Notes: a model not told the origin generated them from the letters alone. Shown: positions 55,331 to 64,000, counted from the first letter of the stretch. The stretch: DNA of 64,000 nt from Candidatus Woesearchaeota archaeon (GCA_016926395.1 JAFGOT010000010.1:4218-68217); one strand, 5' to 3'. Made by a program: numbers and translations.

Positions 55331-56451
55331 TATAAATCGCCATCAATATCATCGATTGAAAGTAATTCTTCATCATCTTCAGATATTAATTCTTCAGTCA
55401 CATTGGTTGCAGATAAATCTTCTTTTTTACTTGATTCTTCCACAGGCCTTTTATTATCTTCTCGCGGAGAAGATTTTATTTCTGGTTGAGGATTTCTATT
55501 AACATTATACAATACTAGTTCGTTGTTGTTATATGTCTCGTTGTGTTTTACTCTTGCTCTCGCAGTAATTATTCTTCCTAAAAGGTCGGTTTTTACCTCT
55601 TCCAACAATGAAGAATCATCTTTTAGTTTTAGAACTTCTTCTTCAGATTTTTCTAATAGTTGATTTATTTGCTCTTTCCAAAGAGATGCTCGTAAGTTAT
55701 CAGTCCCATCATCTAGAAAAAGATTCATAACATAATTGTAAGCCACAGTTTGTTGTTCCCCATGTTCTGCGCAAGTAAATACGTCTAATTCTTGTCGCAT
55801 TCGTTTATTACATGTAGGACACACTTCAAAGAAACGAGGATCATAAACTTGAACTATTGTGGCCGTAATACTAACAAATGCATCATCGGAAGTTATTTCA
55901 TTTAATTTTTTAGCAGGAGTTTCAGGAACTTGATTTTCTGTTCTTTCCATCACGTCAACGGTTCTTCCCGGAGGATTTATCACGCAATGAGATGAGTTGC
56001 CCATATGTAATTCAATATATCCTTGTTGGTTTTCTTTTGAGTATGCTGATTGGACTTCAACAACATCTCCTTCATTTAGTTTTTCAAAGTATGCTGTTTT
56101 TTCATTCCAAAATGTTAATCTCATGTTTTTTGTTTCATCACCAATTAGAACGTTTGCAACTTTTCCAGATTTATCTTCACCAAATGTTCTAAGTTCATAC
56201 TTTTTTACAACTTTACCAAGAACAGTAACATTTTTCATTCCAGCTAAGACATCCTTTAGTTTCATGTCTGTGCTTGGAGCAGAACCAAGCTGCAATCCTA
56301 GTTCATTAGCAATTATGTGTAAAGCGCCATCTTCAGATATTAATCCGCCAAGGGAAGAAAGTTTTGCGCTAACCTTTTTATCTAGGTCTTCTTTTGTGAT
56401 TTTTCCAGTTTGAAGAATTTTATCTACAAGTACTTGTGTATCAGTCATCAT
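55330..56451 (-). CDS. rpa: replication protein A (ssDNA-binding, OB folds plus zinc ribbon)
   Basis: 373-aa ORF. N-terminal 'LISEDGALHIIANELGL', OB-fold regions, zinc motif 'CPTCNKRM...CAEHG', acidic C-terminal tail. Confidence 0.8.
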   Translation of the reverse strand: MMTDTQVLVDKILQTGKITKEDLDKKVSAKLSSLGGLISEDGALHIIANELGLQLGSAPSTDMKLKDVLAGMKNVTVLGKVVKKYELRTFGEDKSGKVANVLIGDETKNMRLTFWNEKTAYFEKLNEGDVVEVQSAYSKENQQGYIELHMGNSSHCVINPPGRTVDVMERTENQVPETPAKKLNEITSDDAFVSITATIVQVYDPRFFEVCPTCNKRMRQELDVFTCAEHGEQQTVAYNYVMNLFLDDGTDNLRASLWKEQINQLLEKSEEEVLKLKDDSSLLEEVKTDLLGRIITARARVKHNETYNNNELVLYNVNRNPQPEIKSSPREDNKRPVEESSKKEDLSATNVTEELISEDDEELLSIDDIDGDL

Positions 56452-56539
56452 AATTACCCCAATACCTCTATAAGGTTTAATATTGTTAAGCTTATGTAAT
56501 TATGGGTTGTTTTTAAGTCTTGTGCCTTGGTGAACAGTG

Positions 56540-57139
56540 CTATTTTTTATTTAAAAGCTTATTTATAAAGGCCGAGTCGTACCCTCGCTTGATTAAAAGG
56601 TCTTCCAACTGGTTCTCAGTGTATCCTCGTTTTCTTAAATTATTAATATAAGGACTTAAGCTGATTATTTGTTTTTTTTCATCACGCAAAATAGCTAGTT
56701 TGTGAGCTATAACCAAAACAACAACAATCAAAATCAAAATAATTCCAAAGATACTAGCAAAGAGAATCCAATTATTGCTAGGAATATTTCTTTCCTCATT
56801 TCGGGGCTCATCAGATATAACGACAATTTCTGTTTGAAAATCAAGATTCGTGTTGTTTTTTTCTTCTAAAGAAATGTTGTTTTTATTTGAAGCAGATTCG
56901 TTAACAACTAAAACAGCAGTATCAACTGCATTATATTCATCTCCAAAATCGCCCTCACAATAAAGATAATAGTCATCGCCCACCAAATCATAGTAATTTT
57001 CTGGATCATCTAAACAAAATGATTGGTTCCATTCCATCAGCTCCCCATTTAATGTTTGAACTTCAAAGGAATTAACAGAGTGAAAAGACAAAATTAACAT
57101 AATAAAATAGACTAATCCGAAAAAATATTTTGTTTTCAT
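56540..57139 (-). CDS. bitopic membrane protein with cytoplasmic C-terminal 'GY' helical repeat
   Basis: 199-aa ORF. Signal 'FFGLVYFIMLILSFHSVNS', acidic ectodomain, TM 'WILFASIFGIILILIVVVLVIA', then 'YINNLRKRGYTENQLEDLLIKRGYDSAFINKLL'. The start lies 1 nt after the stop of the 1,369-aa gene. Confidence 0.55.
   Translation of the reverse strand: MKTKYFFGLVYFIMLILSFHSVNSFEVQTLNGELMEWNQSFCLDDPENYYDLVGDDYYLYCEGDFGDEYNAVDTAVLVVNESASNKNNISLEEKNNTNLDFQTEIVVISDEPRNEERNIPSNNWILFASIFGIILILIVVVLVIAHKLAILRDEKKQIISLSPYINNLRKRGYTENQLEDLLIKRGYDSAFINKLLNKK
56543..56665 (-). repeat. third copy of the protein-level 'GY' helical repeat (see 4055..4384)
   Basis: 'SPYINNLRKRGYTENQLEDLLIKRGYDSAFINKLLNK' aligns position-by-position with both repeats of the 456-aa protein. 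Confidence 0.55.
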
Positions 57140-57140
57140 T

Positions 57141-60100
57141 TTATACTAAAAAGGTTTCATACCCATATTTTGAACTTATTTGATCTACTCCTTGAGCAAC
57201 TAGCCCTTCTTGGTTTAAATCAATTTGTTGATATACTAAAATCGCTGGTTTGTAGTATTTTCCCATCACATTGTATTTACTAACGACATAAGAAGTATCT
57301 CCATCAACAAGCATTATTTTTGAGTTAGCATTTACACTTGTAGAAGATCTAACTGCATCATTAAATGCAGATATTAACTCTTGATCTTGTTCTATCAAAG
57401 CTCGCGTATCTTCTAGGTTGGTAATGTCATATCTATAAGTATCACGAAGTTTTGCTAACACATCATAACCTGAATATTTACAAAAACGATCAGTTTCAGT
57501 TCTTTTGCTTTCGGCAATATTGAATTGGTTGGTCCCATACTCGAAATGCCAATCTTCATTTCCATACCTTACAAATCCCAAAGAACACATTATATCTTCC
57601 ATCAAAAGGGGATTTACTCCTTTTTTAGTAACCGCATCTTTCATTTCAATATCAATAGCGCCTGAAACCATGTGAGGACATAATTTTTGACCTTTAGGAT
57701 TCGGATCACATGCTAAACTAGTATCGTAACCATTGGCAACAAATAACTTTTGTTGAATATCATAAGTCCTATATGCTTGAGTTATAGATATTTCTAAATT
57801 TAATGGTTCTAAATAAAGTTGAGAAAGTTCATGTAATTTTAAGACCAATTCCTTATTTCCCGCACATATTTTTCCAACACGCGTATTTTTTTCATCACAA
57901 GTTACTCGAGGTATATTTGCTATTCTATACAAATTTTCTCCTGTCGTTGGATGTTTTATTCCGGGATAGACTTCAAGTTCAATATCAGTATCATCAAACT
58001 TTGCAATTTCTGGTTTTGCAGCTTTTCCGTATAATTCTTCTAGCGTAATTTTTGGCTGATAAAAATTTTTACATACTAAACCTGAAATATATGATGATTC
58101 AGGAATTACTTTTGAAACTAAGCTTCCTGCCGTCATATCAGGCATTGGAAGGCCCTCCCAGTCAAAAGATTTGTTGTTTTCGTAAGCATCGAAGGAAGTT
58201 ATTTTATAATAATAAGACATTCCTGGTTCGAATGGAAAATCTCCCCCATAAAATCTTAGTCTTGCATAATAAGTTATTTTAGAGTTTGTCGTTGTCTTGT
58301 AAAGAACACCAATCGTGTCTGCTTTTGATGGGTCTTCTATTTCTATTGCATCTATTGAATAAAATTCATAATCAAAATAATTATTTGTTGAGTCTTTGTT
58401 TGTAGATATTTCTAGAGCAAATTTGTCTACAAAATGATCATCAATCGGAACATCCCAAGAGAGCATTGGAACGATGTCCTCAAGACAAGACGAGTAAGAT
58501 GTTTTTCCATACGTTAGTTCTGGCGCTTTAGTATCATTTAGATAAACTGAGAAATCAATCGTCTCATCAGAAAAGGTTGTATGTGCTTGTAACCTAAAGT
58601 TGTGTTTGTTATCTTTACAAGATAATTGACCATAACCTTTTTTGTAAGGAACCCATTTCATATCATTTTTTCCTTTAACAACAGCTAAAGAATCAAAGTC
58701 AACACCAACTTCCATAGATTTATCTTTAACAGGTCTTTCTATATCAAAATAAGTTTTATTTTTTTGATTATCATAAGTAATTTCTAAGTATTCTACATCG
58801 GAGAAGTCAAAAACAGCATCCGCAAGGTTCGCTATTGCTTTTAATGGTGCAAAGGCGATTTCTGATAAAACACTTATTGTTCCATCTTCTTTTTCTTCAG
58901 TTGTTTCGACAATATAAAATTTTACTGGATTAAAAGGAAGAGACAGTAAATATTTTTGAGTATCTGAGTCAAGACCATAACTATCTCTATCACCTACATA
59001 AACCACGCCTGATTTTTCAAGGCGTATTGCAAAATCTTTCGTTGGTTTTTTCAATTGCGTGTTCAACTTTAATTCACAAGTGCAGCTTTCCTGACCATTT
59101 TCATAACAATCATATATTTGATCTATAAAATCATATCCAACAGCATTTTCTTCATCATCTATTGTTATTTTAATTTGATGTTTAGAATTAAAATTACTTA
59201 TTTCATTTTTTATACATACATCTAATTTATCAGTACATTTTTCAGTCACATAATTTACAAAAGAATTTATTTCATCTAATTCTTCAAAGTTAATCTTGTC
59301 TTCTGTTATGAATTTTGGATTTATTGTAAAATAACTATTAGATTTTACTCTAGACCCACTAACTCCCGCCATTAAAGATCCTGAGCACTGTTCTTGCAAA
59401 GCTTTTGCAACCAAATTAGGATATAAAAATATTTCATCATGTTTTGCTTTTTTCTCAAACGCGCCGCCCAATCTTGAAGCTCCCGTTTGTACATCTTCGT
59501 AAGTTATATCACTCCATTGCAAAGTAGAAGGTGGACGACCTAATCTTGCACTAGCGGCTTCTTTAATATATTTAGTGGTTGTTCCTCCTGAATTGTATGC
59601 CATTGCAACAAAGTAAAAGTTAGGATTTTGAGGATCAACTATTCTCGTGTCTGTCATCAAAGAATTAAGCAAAGCAGCACCAGTCATTATTCCTTGTCTT
59701 GTATCTCCTGCTTTTAATTCCTCATACGAACAATATTCATTTGGTTGTCGATTTATTGACTCACAAGTTATTGGTGCAATTTGCATCACTGTGCACATTC
59801 CAACCTCATTACAATTACCTTTACCAGGAGATCCTCCTCCTGACAAATATAAGTCTGCAGCAGACCCTCCATTTACTTCTGTATTCATTATTGCTAAAAT
59901 TAGTTCTGCAGGAACTTTAGGATATTTTTCGTGTGCTTCTAGAACATATTTTAATGAATCATGAGAATTTAAACTTCCTATTAATTCACTAACTGATTTT
60001 CTTGAGCCACTAAGTTGATTATTTATTTGTGTGAAGTCAACAGGAACAACACAATCACCACCTGATGACTCTTCAAAACCAGGTAGATTTTCTAACCCAG

Positions 60101-61250
60101 AATTAGAATATTCTAATCTTAAAACCAAATTAATTTCTGTTTCTTCATTCTTGAAAAAGGAACTTGATAACGTTTCTCTTACAAGTCCTGACTGTGGACT
60201 AGAATGAACAATTTCATCATTCCCAACATAAACCATCATGTGCGTTGGTATTCCATCTTCAGGATAAGTGAATAATATGTCTCCTGGAAGTGCGTTTTGT
60301 ATTATGTTCTCTTTCGTACAAGAATCCCCTTCACAAACTATGTTTCCTTTTTTTGCGTCTTCAAAATATTCTTGGGTTGTTTTTCTCGTTTCAAAGAAAT
60401 TTACTGTTGTGTGTTTTCCAAGCCACCACAAAAAACCCGCACCATCAAATCCTGGCTTTGTAAATTCGCCAGTTTCTTCATTGACACTTTGTAATTCTAC
60501 ACCATAAAAAATATCTGCTAATAATGAATCCGCGTAGCTATAAGGTGATGATCCTCCTTTAACATATTGCATTGAAGTTCCTGATGATTTGTAAAATTGC
60601 TCAAAGTATGTTGCTCCTTGTGAAAAACAATCTCCTGAAGAGCAAACAAAAGTTCTTTCGTCTTTGTATGTTCCAAACAAACCTACAGGGTACTTAACTG
60701 CTTTAGATTCATCAAATGTTGCTTTTGAAGTTATAGGTATGTTTAGATTTTGGACCGAACCTTCAATTCGGATTTTATCTTTTTGAAGATTAGAATCTCT
60801 TTTTGATGTAATTATATCAATATAAGTGTTTCCTGCCAGAGAATAGTCTTTGTAACCAGATAAATAATTGACTATTGTTCGTCTATAATAGTTTGTATAG
60901 CTCTCTAAAAAATCAGGTTGACAATTATCATTTTCAGAATTGTAATTTGGATAAAGATGAATACCGCATTTTTTGAATTGTGGTTTTCCTGTTGTTTGAA
61001 ATTCATATATACCGCTATTTTTGAAGAGCAAATCTTTTGCTAAGTTTTTAGAGTATTCTCCGCTTAATTCAACATAATTAGTTACTGCTTCTGATTGTTC
61101 ATTAGCAAACAAGATATCATATTGTTTTAGACCAATAGGAGTCTCTAAAGGACTTCCACCAAATACATCAAACACTCCTCCAAATATCATCAAGAGTAAA
61201 AAGACAACCCCAAATATGGGCCATGGATTAAATGCTTTTTTGTATTTCAT
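57141..61250 (-). CDS. N-terminally anchored giant murein-hydrolase-like protein (NlpC/P60-like + lytic transglycosylase + VanY/M15 peptidase modules)
   Basis: 1,369-aa ORF. TM helix 'WPIFGVVFLLLMIFGGVF'. The three modules are listed as separate features. A beta-rich middle region of about 490 aa and a tail of about 130 aa have no assignment. Confidence 0.8.
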   Translation of the reverse strand: MKYKKAFNPWPIFGVVFLLLMIFGGVFDVFGGSPLETPIGLKQYDILFANEQSEAVTNYVELSGEYSKNLAKDLLFKNSGIYEFQTTGKPQFKKCGIHLYPNYNSENDNCQPDFLESYTNYYRRTIVNYLSGYKDYSLAGNTYIDIITSKRDSNLQKDKIRIEGSVQNLNIPITSKATFDESKAVKYPVGLFGTYKDERTFVCSSGDCFSQGATYFEQFYKSSGTSMQYVKGGSSPYSYADSLLADIFYGVELQSVNEETGEFTKPGFDGAGFLWWLGKHTTVNFFETRKTTQEYFEDAKKGNIVCEGDSCTKENIIQNALPGDILFTYPEDGIPTHMMVYVGNDEIVHSSPQSGLVRETLSSSFFKNEETEINLVLRLEYSNSGLENLPGFEESSGGDCVVPVDFTQINNQLSGSRKSVSELIGSLNSHDSLKYVLEAHEKYPKVPAELILAIMNTEVNGGSAADLYLSGGGSPGKGNCNEVGMCTVMQIAPITCESINRQPNEYCSYEELKAGDTRQGIMTGAALLNSLMTDTRIVDPQNPNFYFVAMAYNSGGTTTKYIKEAASARLGRPPSTLQWSDITYEDVQTGASRLGGAFEKKAKHDEIFLYPNLVAKALQEQCSGSLMAGVSGSRVKSNSYFTINPKFITEDKINFEELDEINSFVNYVTEKCTDKLDVCIKNEISNFNSKHQIKITIDDEENAVGYDFIDQIYDCYENGQESCTCELKLNTQLKKPTKDFAIRLEKSGVVYVGDRDSYGLDSDTQKYLLSLPFNPVKFYIVETTEEKEDGTISVLSEIAFAPLKAIANLADAVFDFSDVEYLEITYDNQKNKTYFDIERPVKDKSMEVGVDFDSLAVVKGKNDMKWVPYKKGYGQLSCKDNKHNFRLQAHTTFSDETIDFSVYLNDTKAPELTYGKTSYSSCLEDIVPMLSWDVPIDDHFVDKFALEISTNKDSTNNYFDYEFYSIDAIEIEDPSKADTIGVLYKTTTNSKITYYARLRFYGGDFPFEPGMSYYYKITSFDAYENNKSFDWEGLPMPDMTAGSLVSKVIPESSYISGLVCKNFYQPKITLEELYGKAAKPEIAKFDDTDIELEVYPGIKHPTTGENLYRIANIPRVTCDEKNTRVGKICAGNKELVLKLHELSQLYLEPLNLEISITQAYRTYDIQQKLFVANGYDTSLACDPNPKGQKLCPHMVSGAIDIEMKDAVTKKGVNPLLMEDIMCSLGFVRYGNEDWHFEYGTNQFNIAESKRTETDRFCKYSGYDVLAKLRDTYRYDITNLEDTRALIEQDQELISAFNDAVRSSTSVNANSKIMLVDGDTSYVVSKYNVMGKYYKPAILVYQQIDLNQEGLVAQGVDQISSKYGYETFLV
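57534..57872 (-). other. VanY / peptidase M15 (D-Ala-D-Ala carboxypeptidase-like) module
   Basis: Residues about 1127-1239: 'ITQAYRTYDIQQKLF', 'CPHMVSGAIDIEM' (the S/C-x-H-x2-G-x-A-x-D zinc motif), 'NEDWHFEYG'. Confidence 0.65.
59556..59963 (-). other. lytic transglycosylase (SLT/GH23-like) module
   Basis: Residues about 430-565: 'PAELILAIMNTEVNGG' (catalytic Glu position), 'GMCTVMQIAP', 'GIMTGAALLNSLM', 'FVAMAYNSGG'. Confidence 0.65.
60183..60578 (-). other. NlpC/P60-like module, nucleophile Cys apparently replaced
   Basis: Residues about 225-356: 'YVKGGSSP', 'PGFDGAGFLWWL' (Gly where D-C-S-G is expected), 'LPGDILF', 'THMMVYVGNDEIVHSS'. Confidence 0.5.
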
Positions 61251-61253
61251 TTT

Positions 61254-61871
61254 TTATCGACGTATGTTTGTTGAAAACGTATTTGAATCTCTTTTTTCAT
61301 CAGTAGTTTTTATTTTGAACAAAATATATTTGTCAGTAGGATTAAATTGATCTCCTTTTTCGTAAAAAGGAATTTGTAATTCGACATCTACCTGTGCTTC
61401 ATCAGAATAAACTATTCCCTTGTCTTGTAGGGATTCTGAGCTTGTTGCCCACGTACTTGCAACTATAACCTTGTCTTGTTCTTGACCTAAAAAATAATAG
61501 GTAAAAGACGCCTCGGATTCAAACACCCCAGTTCTTAGGTGTGGTTTTATTGAGACTTCAGCCAAATCATACAACGCACGTCTTAATTCATTTTTTTCAG
61601 TGTAGTTGTTTAGATTAAAGTAATAATTAGCCCAATTTGCAACCTCTCTTGTTTCACCCTTGAATTCCATTGGTGTTTGCAAATAAGTTCTTGCTAATTG
61701 TATTGTCTGGTATCCTTCTTTTAGACTAGCTACTTGTTGATAATTATCTTGTTTTTCTCTATCAGACATATTCATCATCAAAAAAAGACCAATAATAACT
61801 AAGGCTCCGCCTACTAAAAAGTAAAACCATTCTGAAGTATAGTCTCCTTTCTTGTTATTTTTTATTCTCAT
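61254..61871 (-). CDS. small N-terminally anchored (pilin-like) orphan protein
   Basis: 205-aa ORF. 'NNKKGDYTSEWFYFLVGGALVIIGLFLMM' has a basic stretch, a Gly, a Glu at +5 after the Gly, then a hydrophobic helix. 4-nt ATGA overlap upstream. Confidence 0.5.
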   Translation of the reverse strand: MRIKNNKKGDYTSEWFYFLVGGALVIIGLFLMMNMSDREKQDNYQQVASLKEGYQTIQLARTYLQTPMEFKGETREVANWANYYFNLNNYTEKNELRRALYDLAEVSIKPHLRTGVFESEASFTYYFLGQEQDKVIVASTWATSSESLQDKGIVYSDEAQVDVELQIPFYEKGDQFNPTDKYILFKIKTTDEKRDSNTFSTNIRR

Positions 61872-62347
61872 GGTGTAAAGTATATCATTCCAGGTTTCAT
61901 TGTTCCGTCATCTTTTGCCACGATTACATATCTTGCATAAGCAATTTTAGAAACAAAGGGATTTCCTATCAGAGCCGTTGTTTTAGGAAAATCTCCCTCA
62001 ATTACGGGTTTTACAGTTATCGTAAATGCTTGTGGATAATTAGACTTAAAACAGGCATCAAGATTTTCATTAGTTACTTTTCTTAAATCAATTACGTTTT
62101 GTTTAATCATATTTGTTTGTGGATCTTCATAAGCAAAGCAAATGTTTGTTGCTCTTGCTAACTTAAAATCTGCATCGATAGAATCATGAACTTCCGTTTT
62201 TGAATCCATATTTCTAACTACAAGGATGACAAATGCTGTGATTAAAGCCCCAACAAATAACACCCATATGACATAGAAGAAAAACTTGTTTGTAGAAAGA
62301 AATCCTTCATGGTCATCTCCTCGTTTATTTTTTAGTAGCTTTTTCAT
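61868..62347 (-). CDS. small N-terminally anchored orphan protein
   Basis: 159-aa ORF. 'KNKRGDDHEGFLSTNKFFFYVIWVLFVGALITAFVILVV'. 4-nt overlaps on both sides. Confidence 0.5.
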   Translation of the reverse strand: MKKLLKNKRGDDHEGFLSTNKFFFYVIWVLFVGALITAFVILVVRNMDSKTEVHDSIDADFKLARATNICFAYEDPQTNMIKQNVIDLRKVTNENLDACFKSNYPQAFTITVKPVIEGDFPKTTALIGNPFVSKIAYARYVIVAKDDGTMKPGMIYFTP

Positions 62348-63222
62348 CGACCAACACCGTAATATTTTGAAAGTGAATAAGATATTAAATAACCCATTTT
62401 TCTTCTAATCGTATCTTCGCCAAATATTTTTTTGTTTTCAATGCTGTTTGCTAAACTAAACTCAATAACTTCCTTTTGACCATAATTTTTTGATATTGGA
62501 ACAGTTAAAAGATTAAGTTCATTTTCTAGTAGTTTTTGCATGTTCTCTGCGATTGCTTTTGTATCTTCCTCACCATCAGTCGAATAATAAATAATATTTT
62601 TGTCATTAACCAAACCGTCATGAGAACTTATTTTAACAGTTAAGGAGTTCGTATCGCCTGTTTCGAAATTTCGTTTTATTTCCTCTTTAACAATAATTGA
62701 TAATTTTTCTAATGTTAAATCAAAACTGTTTACTCCCGTTGTATCAAATTCAACAGTTACATTTGGTTTTTCTTTTGATGTAACTTCAAGGACGTCAACC
62801 GCTTGAGTTGATTTAAAGTCCCCTAGTTTTATCTCATCTCCGGATTTAATTATATAAAAATCAGAAACATCTACATCTTGTTCTTTTGGAATACTCACTC
62901 CCTCTCGCAGAGTAAAATATCTTTTGTTAAACGAAAAATCGGTTTCTGGAGGTATCTCTCCATCTTGAACTAAACTTATAGAATCTCCGTTTAATTTAAC
63001 AGTATAACCATCTAATGTTTCAGGGTACTCATATCTAAAATCATAAGCTGTTGCTTGTGCAATTTCCATCGTTCTTGCAACGTCTTCTGCAGTTACTGCT
63101 TTTTCAACAAGTAAAGGGTTTGAAGATTGACCCATAACGGTTCCAAACATAAGGATTAAAACACCAATTAGTACAAACTCTCCAACTAAATATACTTGTG
63201 TTGATTTTGCACTTTTGTTCAT
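62344..63222 (-). CDS. N-terminally anchored (pilin-like) orphan protein
   Basis: 292-aa ORF. 'MNKSAKSTQVYLVGEFVLIGVLILMFGTVMG'. SD AGAGGGGT lies 6 nt upstream of the ATG. Confidence 0.5.
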   Translation of the reverse strand: MNKSAKSTQVYLVGEFVLIGVLILMFGTVMGQSSNPLLVEKAVTAEDVARTMEIAQATAYDFRYEYPETLDGYTVKLNGDSISLVQDGEIPPETDFSFNKRYFTLREGVSIPKEQDVDVSDFYIIKSGDEIKLGDFKSTQAVDVLEVTSKEKPNVTVEFDTTGVNSFDLTLEKLSIIVKEEIKRNFETGDTNSLTVKISSHDGLVNDKNIIYYSTDGEEDTKAIAENMQKLLENELNLLTVPISKNYGQKEVIEFSLANSIENKKIFGEDTIRRKMGYLISYSLSKYYGVGR

Positions 63223-63236
63223 AAAAACCCCTCTTT

Positions 63237-63998
63237 TTAAGAAACAAAATTAATTAAACTATTTCCTTCGTTATCTATCTCAGATTTCAGTTTATAATTT
63301 GCAGATTCAATAACTAAATTTCCTGCACTTGTTCCTGTGATTGTAATACTATCTTTTTGCACTCCTTTAACACGAGGCATTGGATAAGGAAAAGATGTTG
63401 ATGCTAAAACATCTTGTTCTTTTCTTAACTCTATTGTTGTTATTCCTGTTTTGTTATGAAAGTAGATATTGTATTCTTTTGATGTAGGAACTGATAAAAA
63501 TACATTTACAAAATTTGTCTGTAATTGATATATACAAATATTAATATCAGGATTGTTCTTTCTACAAAGAAGAAAATTTGTTTGAAGTTCCTTATCTAAA
63601 TAGTTAAAACTTTGAATAACTTTATTTGTTTTCTCTAACTCTATTTTTTGTTTTTTAGCATTCTCAATTCCGTTTGTGTAAAGACATTTTGGTTGTATGC
63701 AAACACCTGTTATGTTTGTGTTAGGTATTTTCTCAAAAGTTATATTATAAAGAGGCACGCTAAGAATTTTTTCGTCTCTCTCTTTATTTGTTTGAGGTAT
63801 TCCCATCCCGCCTATAACAACTCCGCCTTCCCAGAAATAATTATTTTTTATTACAAGTCTTCTTTTAGTCATTCCATCTCTATAGAAATTTCCTAAGTCA
63901 ACTAGCACAGGAGCAGCACCTCCTGAGGAAACATATTTATGTTCATCAGGTTCAAAAATACTTGCCATCGTATCTCTAGCAGTTGTTTGTAATCCCAT
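63237..63998 (-). CDS. orphan protein, probably 5'-truncated by the window edge
   Basis: The frame stays open to the last complete codon of the window. The ATG at 63998 may be internal. No hydrophobic N-terminus is visible, consistent with truncation. Confidence 0.45.
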   Translation of the reverse strand: MGLQTTARDTMASIFEPDEHKYVSSGGAAPVLVDLGNFYRDGMTKRRLVIKNNYFWEGGVVIGGMGIPQTNKERDEKILSVPLYNITFEKIPNTNITGVCIQPKCLYTNGIENAKKQKIELEKTNKVIQSFNYLDKELQTNFLLCRKNNPDINICIYQLQTNFVNVFLSVPTSKEYNIYFHNKTGITTIELRKEQDVLASTSFPYPMPRVKGVQKDSITITGTSAGNLVIESANYKLKSEIDNEGNSLINFVS

Positions 63999-64000
63999 TG

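Noticed and set aside
724-56413. Many 60-150-aa ORFs antisense to or nested in long genes (e.g. 724-1011, 16660-17112, 22416-22868, 39312-39710, 51563-51862, 55997-56413, 59647-59964)
   Set aside because: Each is embedded in a much longer ORF with clear homology or strong coding character on the other strand or frame. Their products are low-complexity Leu/Phe/Ser-rich, as expected from reading AT-rich coding DNA out of frame.
61254-63222. Firm annotation of the small operon proteins as type IV pilins
   Set aside because: The N-termini have the right overall shape. However, the region around the putative cleavage site ('KKG-DYTSE', 'KRG-DDHEG', 'KST-QVYLVGE') does not match canonical archaeal or bacterial prepilin signals closely enough to call by eye. 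They are described only as pilin-like.
1-64000. CRISPR arrays, transposases/IS elements, integrases, prophage genes, rRNA
   Set aside because: I saw no regularly spaced direct repeats in any intergenic region. No ORF has transposase (DDE), integrase (R..H..R..Y), capsid or terminase-like motifs that I can recognise. The only GC-rich structured patches are tRNA-Phe and RNase P RNA.
1-64000. Possibility that the contig is bacterial (CPR-like) because of murein hydrolase, bacterial AspRS and Q-type TGT
   Set aside because: Multiple independent archaeal-specific markers are spread along the whole window: Topo VI-B, RIO1 plus aDim2, NAC, Sec61-beta, RPA with zinc ribbon, FlaI/FlaJ, and the TATA/BRE promoter geometry. 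Local chimerism at the 56-64 kb end cannot be excluded without read data.

Overview
This is an AT-rich (about one-third G+C by eye), very gene-dense chromosomal fragment, and it is archaeal. Hallmark genes are Topo VI-B, RIO1 kinase plus an aDim2-like KH protein, a FlaI-type ATPase with a FlaJ/T2SS-F-type platform, NAC, Sec61-beta, RPA, a Trm11-type THUMP methyltransferase, an archaeal-type class I FBP aldolase, a CCA-less tRNA-Phe(GAA) and an RNase P RNA. Patchy metabolism, many orphan surface proteins and several bacterial-type genes (AspRS with insertion domain, queuine-type TGT, murein-hydrolase modules) fit a small-genome DPANN-like archaeon. That assignment is an inference I cannot verify here. 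I saw no CRISPR array, transposase, integrase or rRNA. Two accessory islands on the minus strand stand out. (i) 3.0-18.2 kb holds a five-gene translationally coupled operon of orphan membrane and secreted proteins (up to 1,256 aa). It lies downstream of an enlarged FlaI-like ATPase / FlaJ-like platform pair, and both units carry an identical 17-nt promoter core. (ii) 56.5-64.0 kb runs off the window. It encodes four orphan proteins (three visibly N-terminally anchored, pilin-like), then a 1,369-aa protein combining NlpC/P60-like, lytic-transglycosylase and VanY/M15 modules, then a small membrane protein. This is a bacterial-cell-wall-degrading arsenal in an organism without murein. One protein in each island carries the same cytoplasmic 'GY' helical repeat, which suggests a functional link. 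My candidate for an undescribed system is an archaeon-to-bacterium envelope attachment/attack apparatus. Smaller notes: an unlisted 50-aa Sec61-beta gene, an RNase P RNA masked by a spurious ORF, a gene lacking a canonical start codon, tandem paralogous membrane proteins next to coiled-coil proteins, paired surface proteins sharing a C-terminal anchor module, and a recurring TATA/BRE plus GGTGA Shine-Dalgarno grammar.
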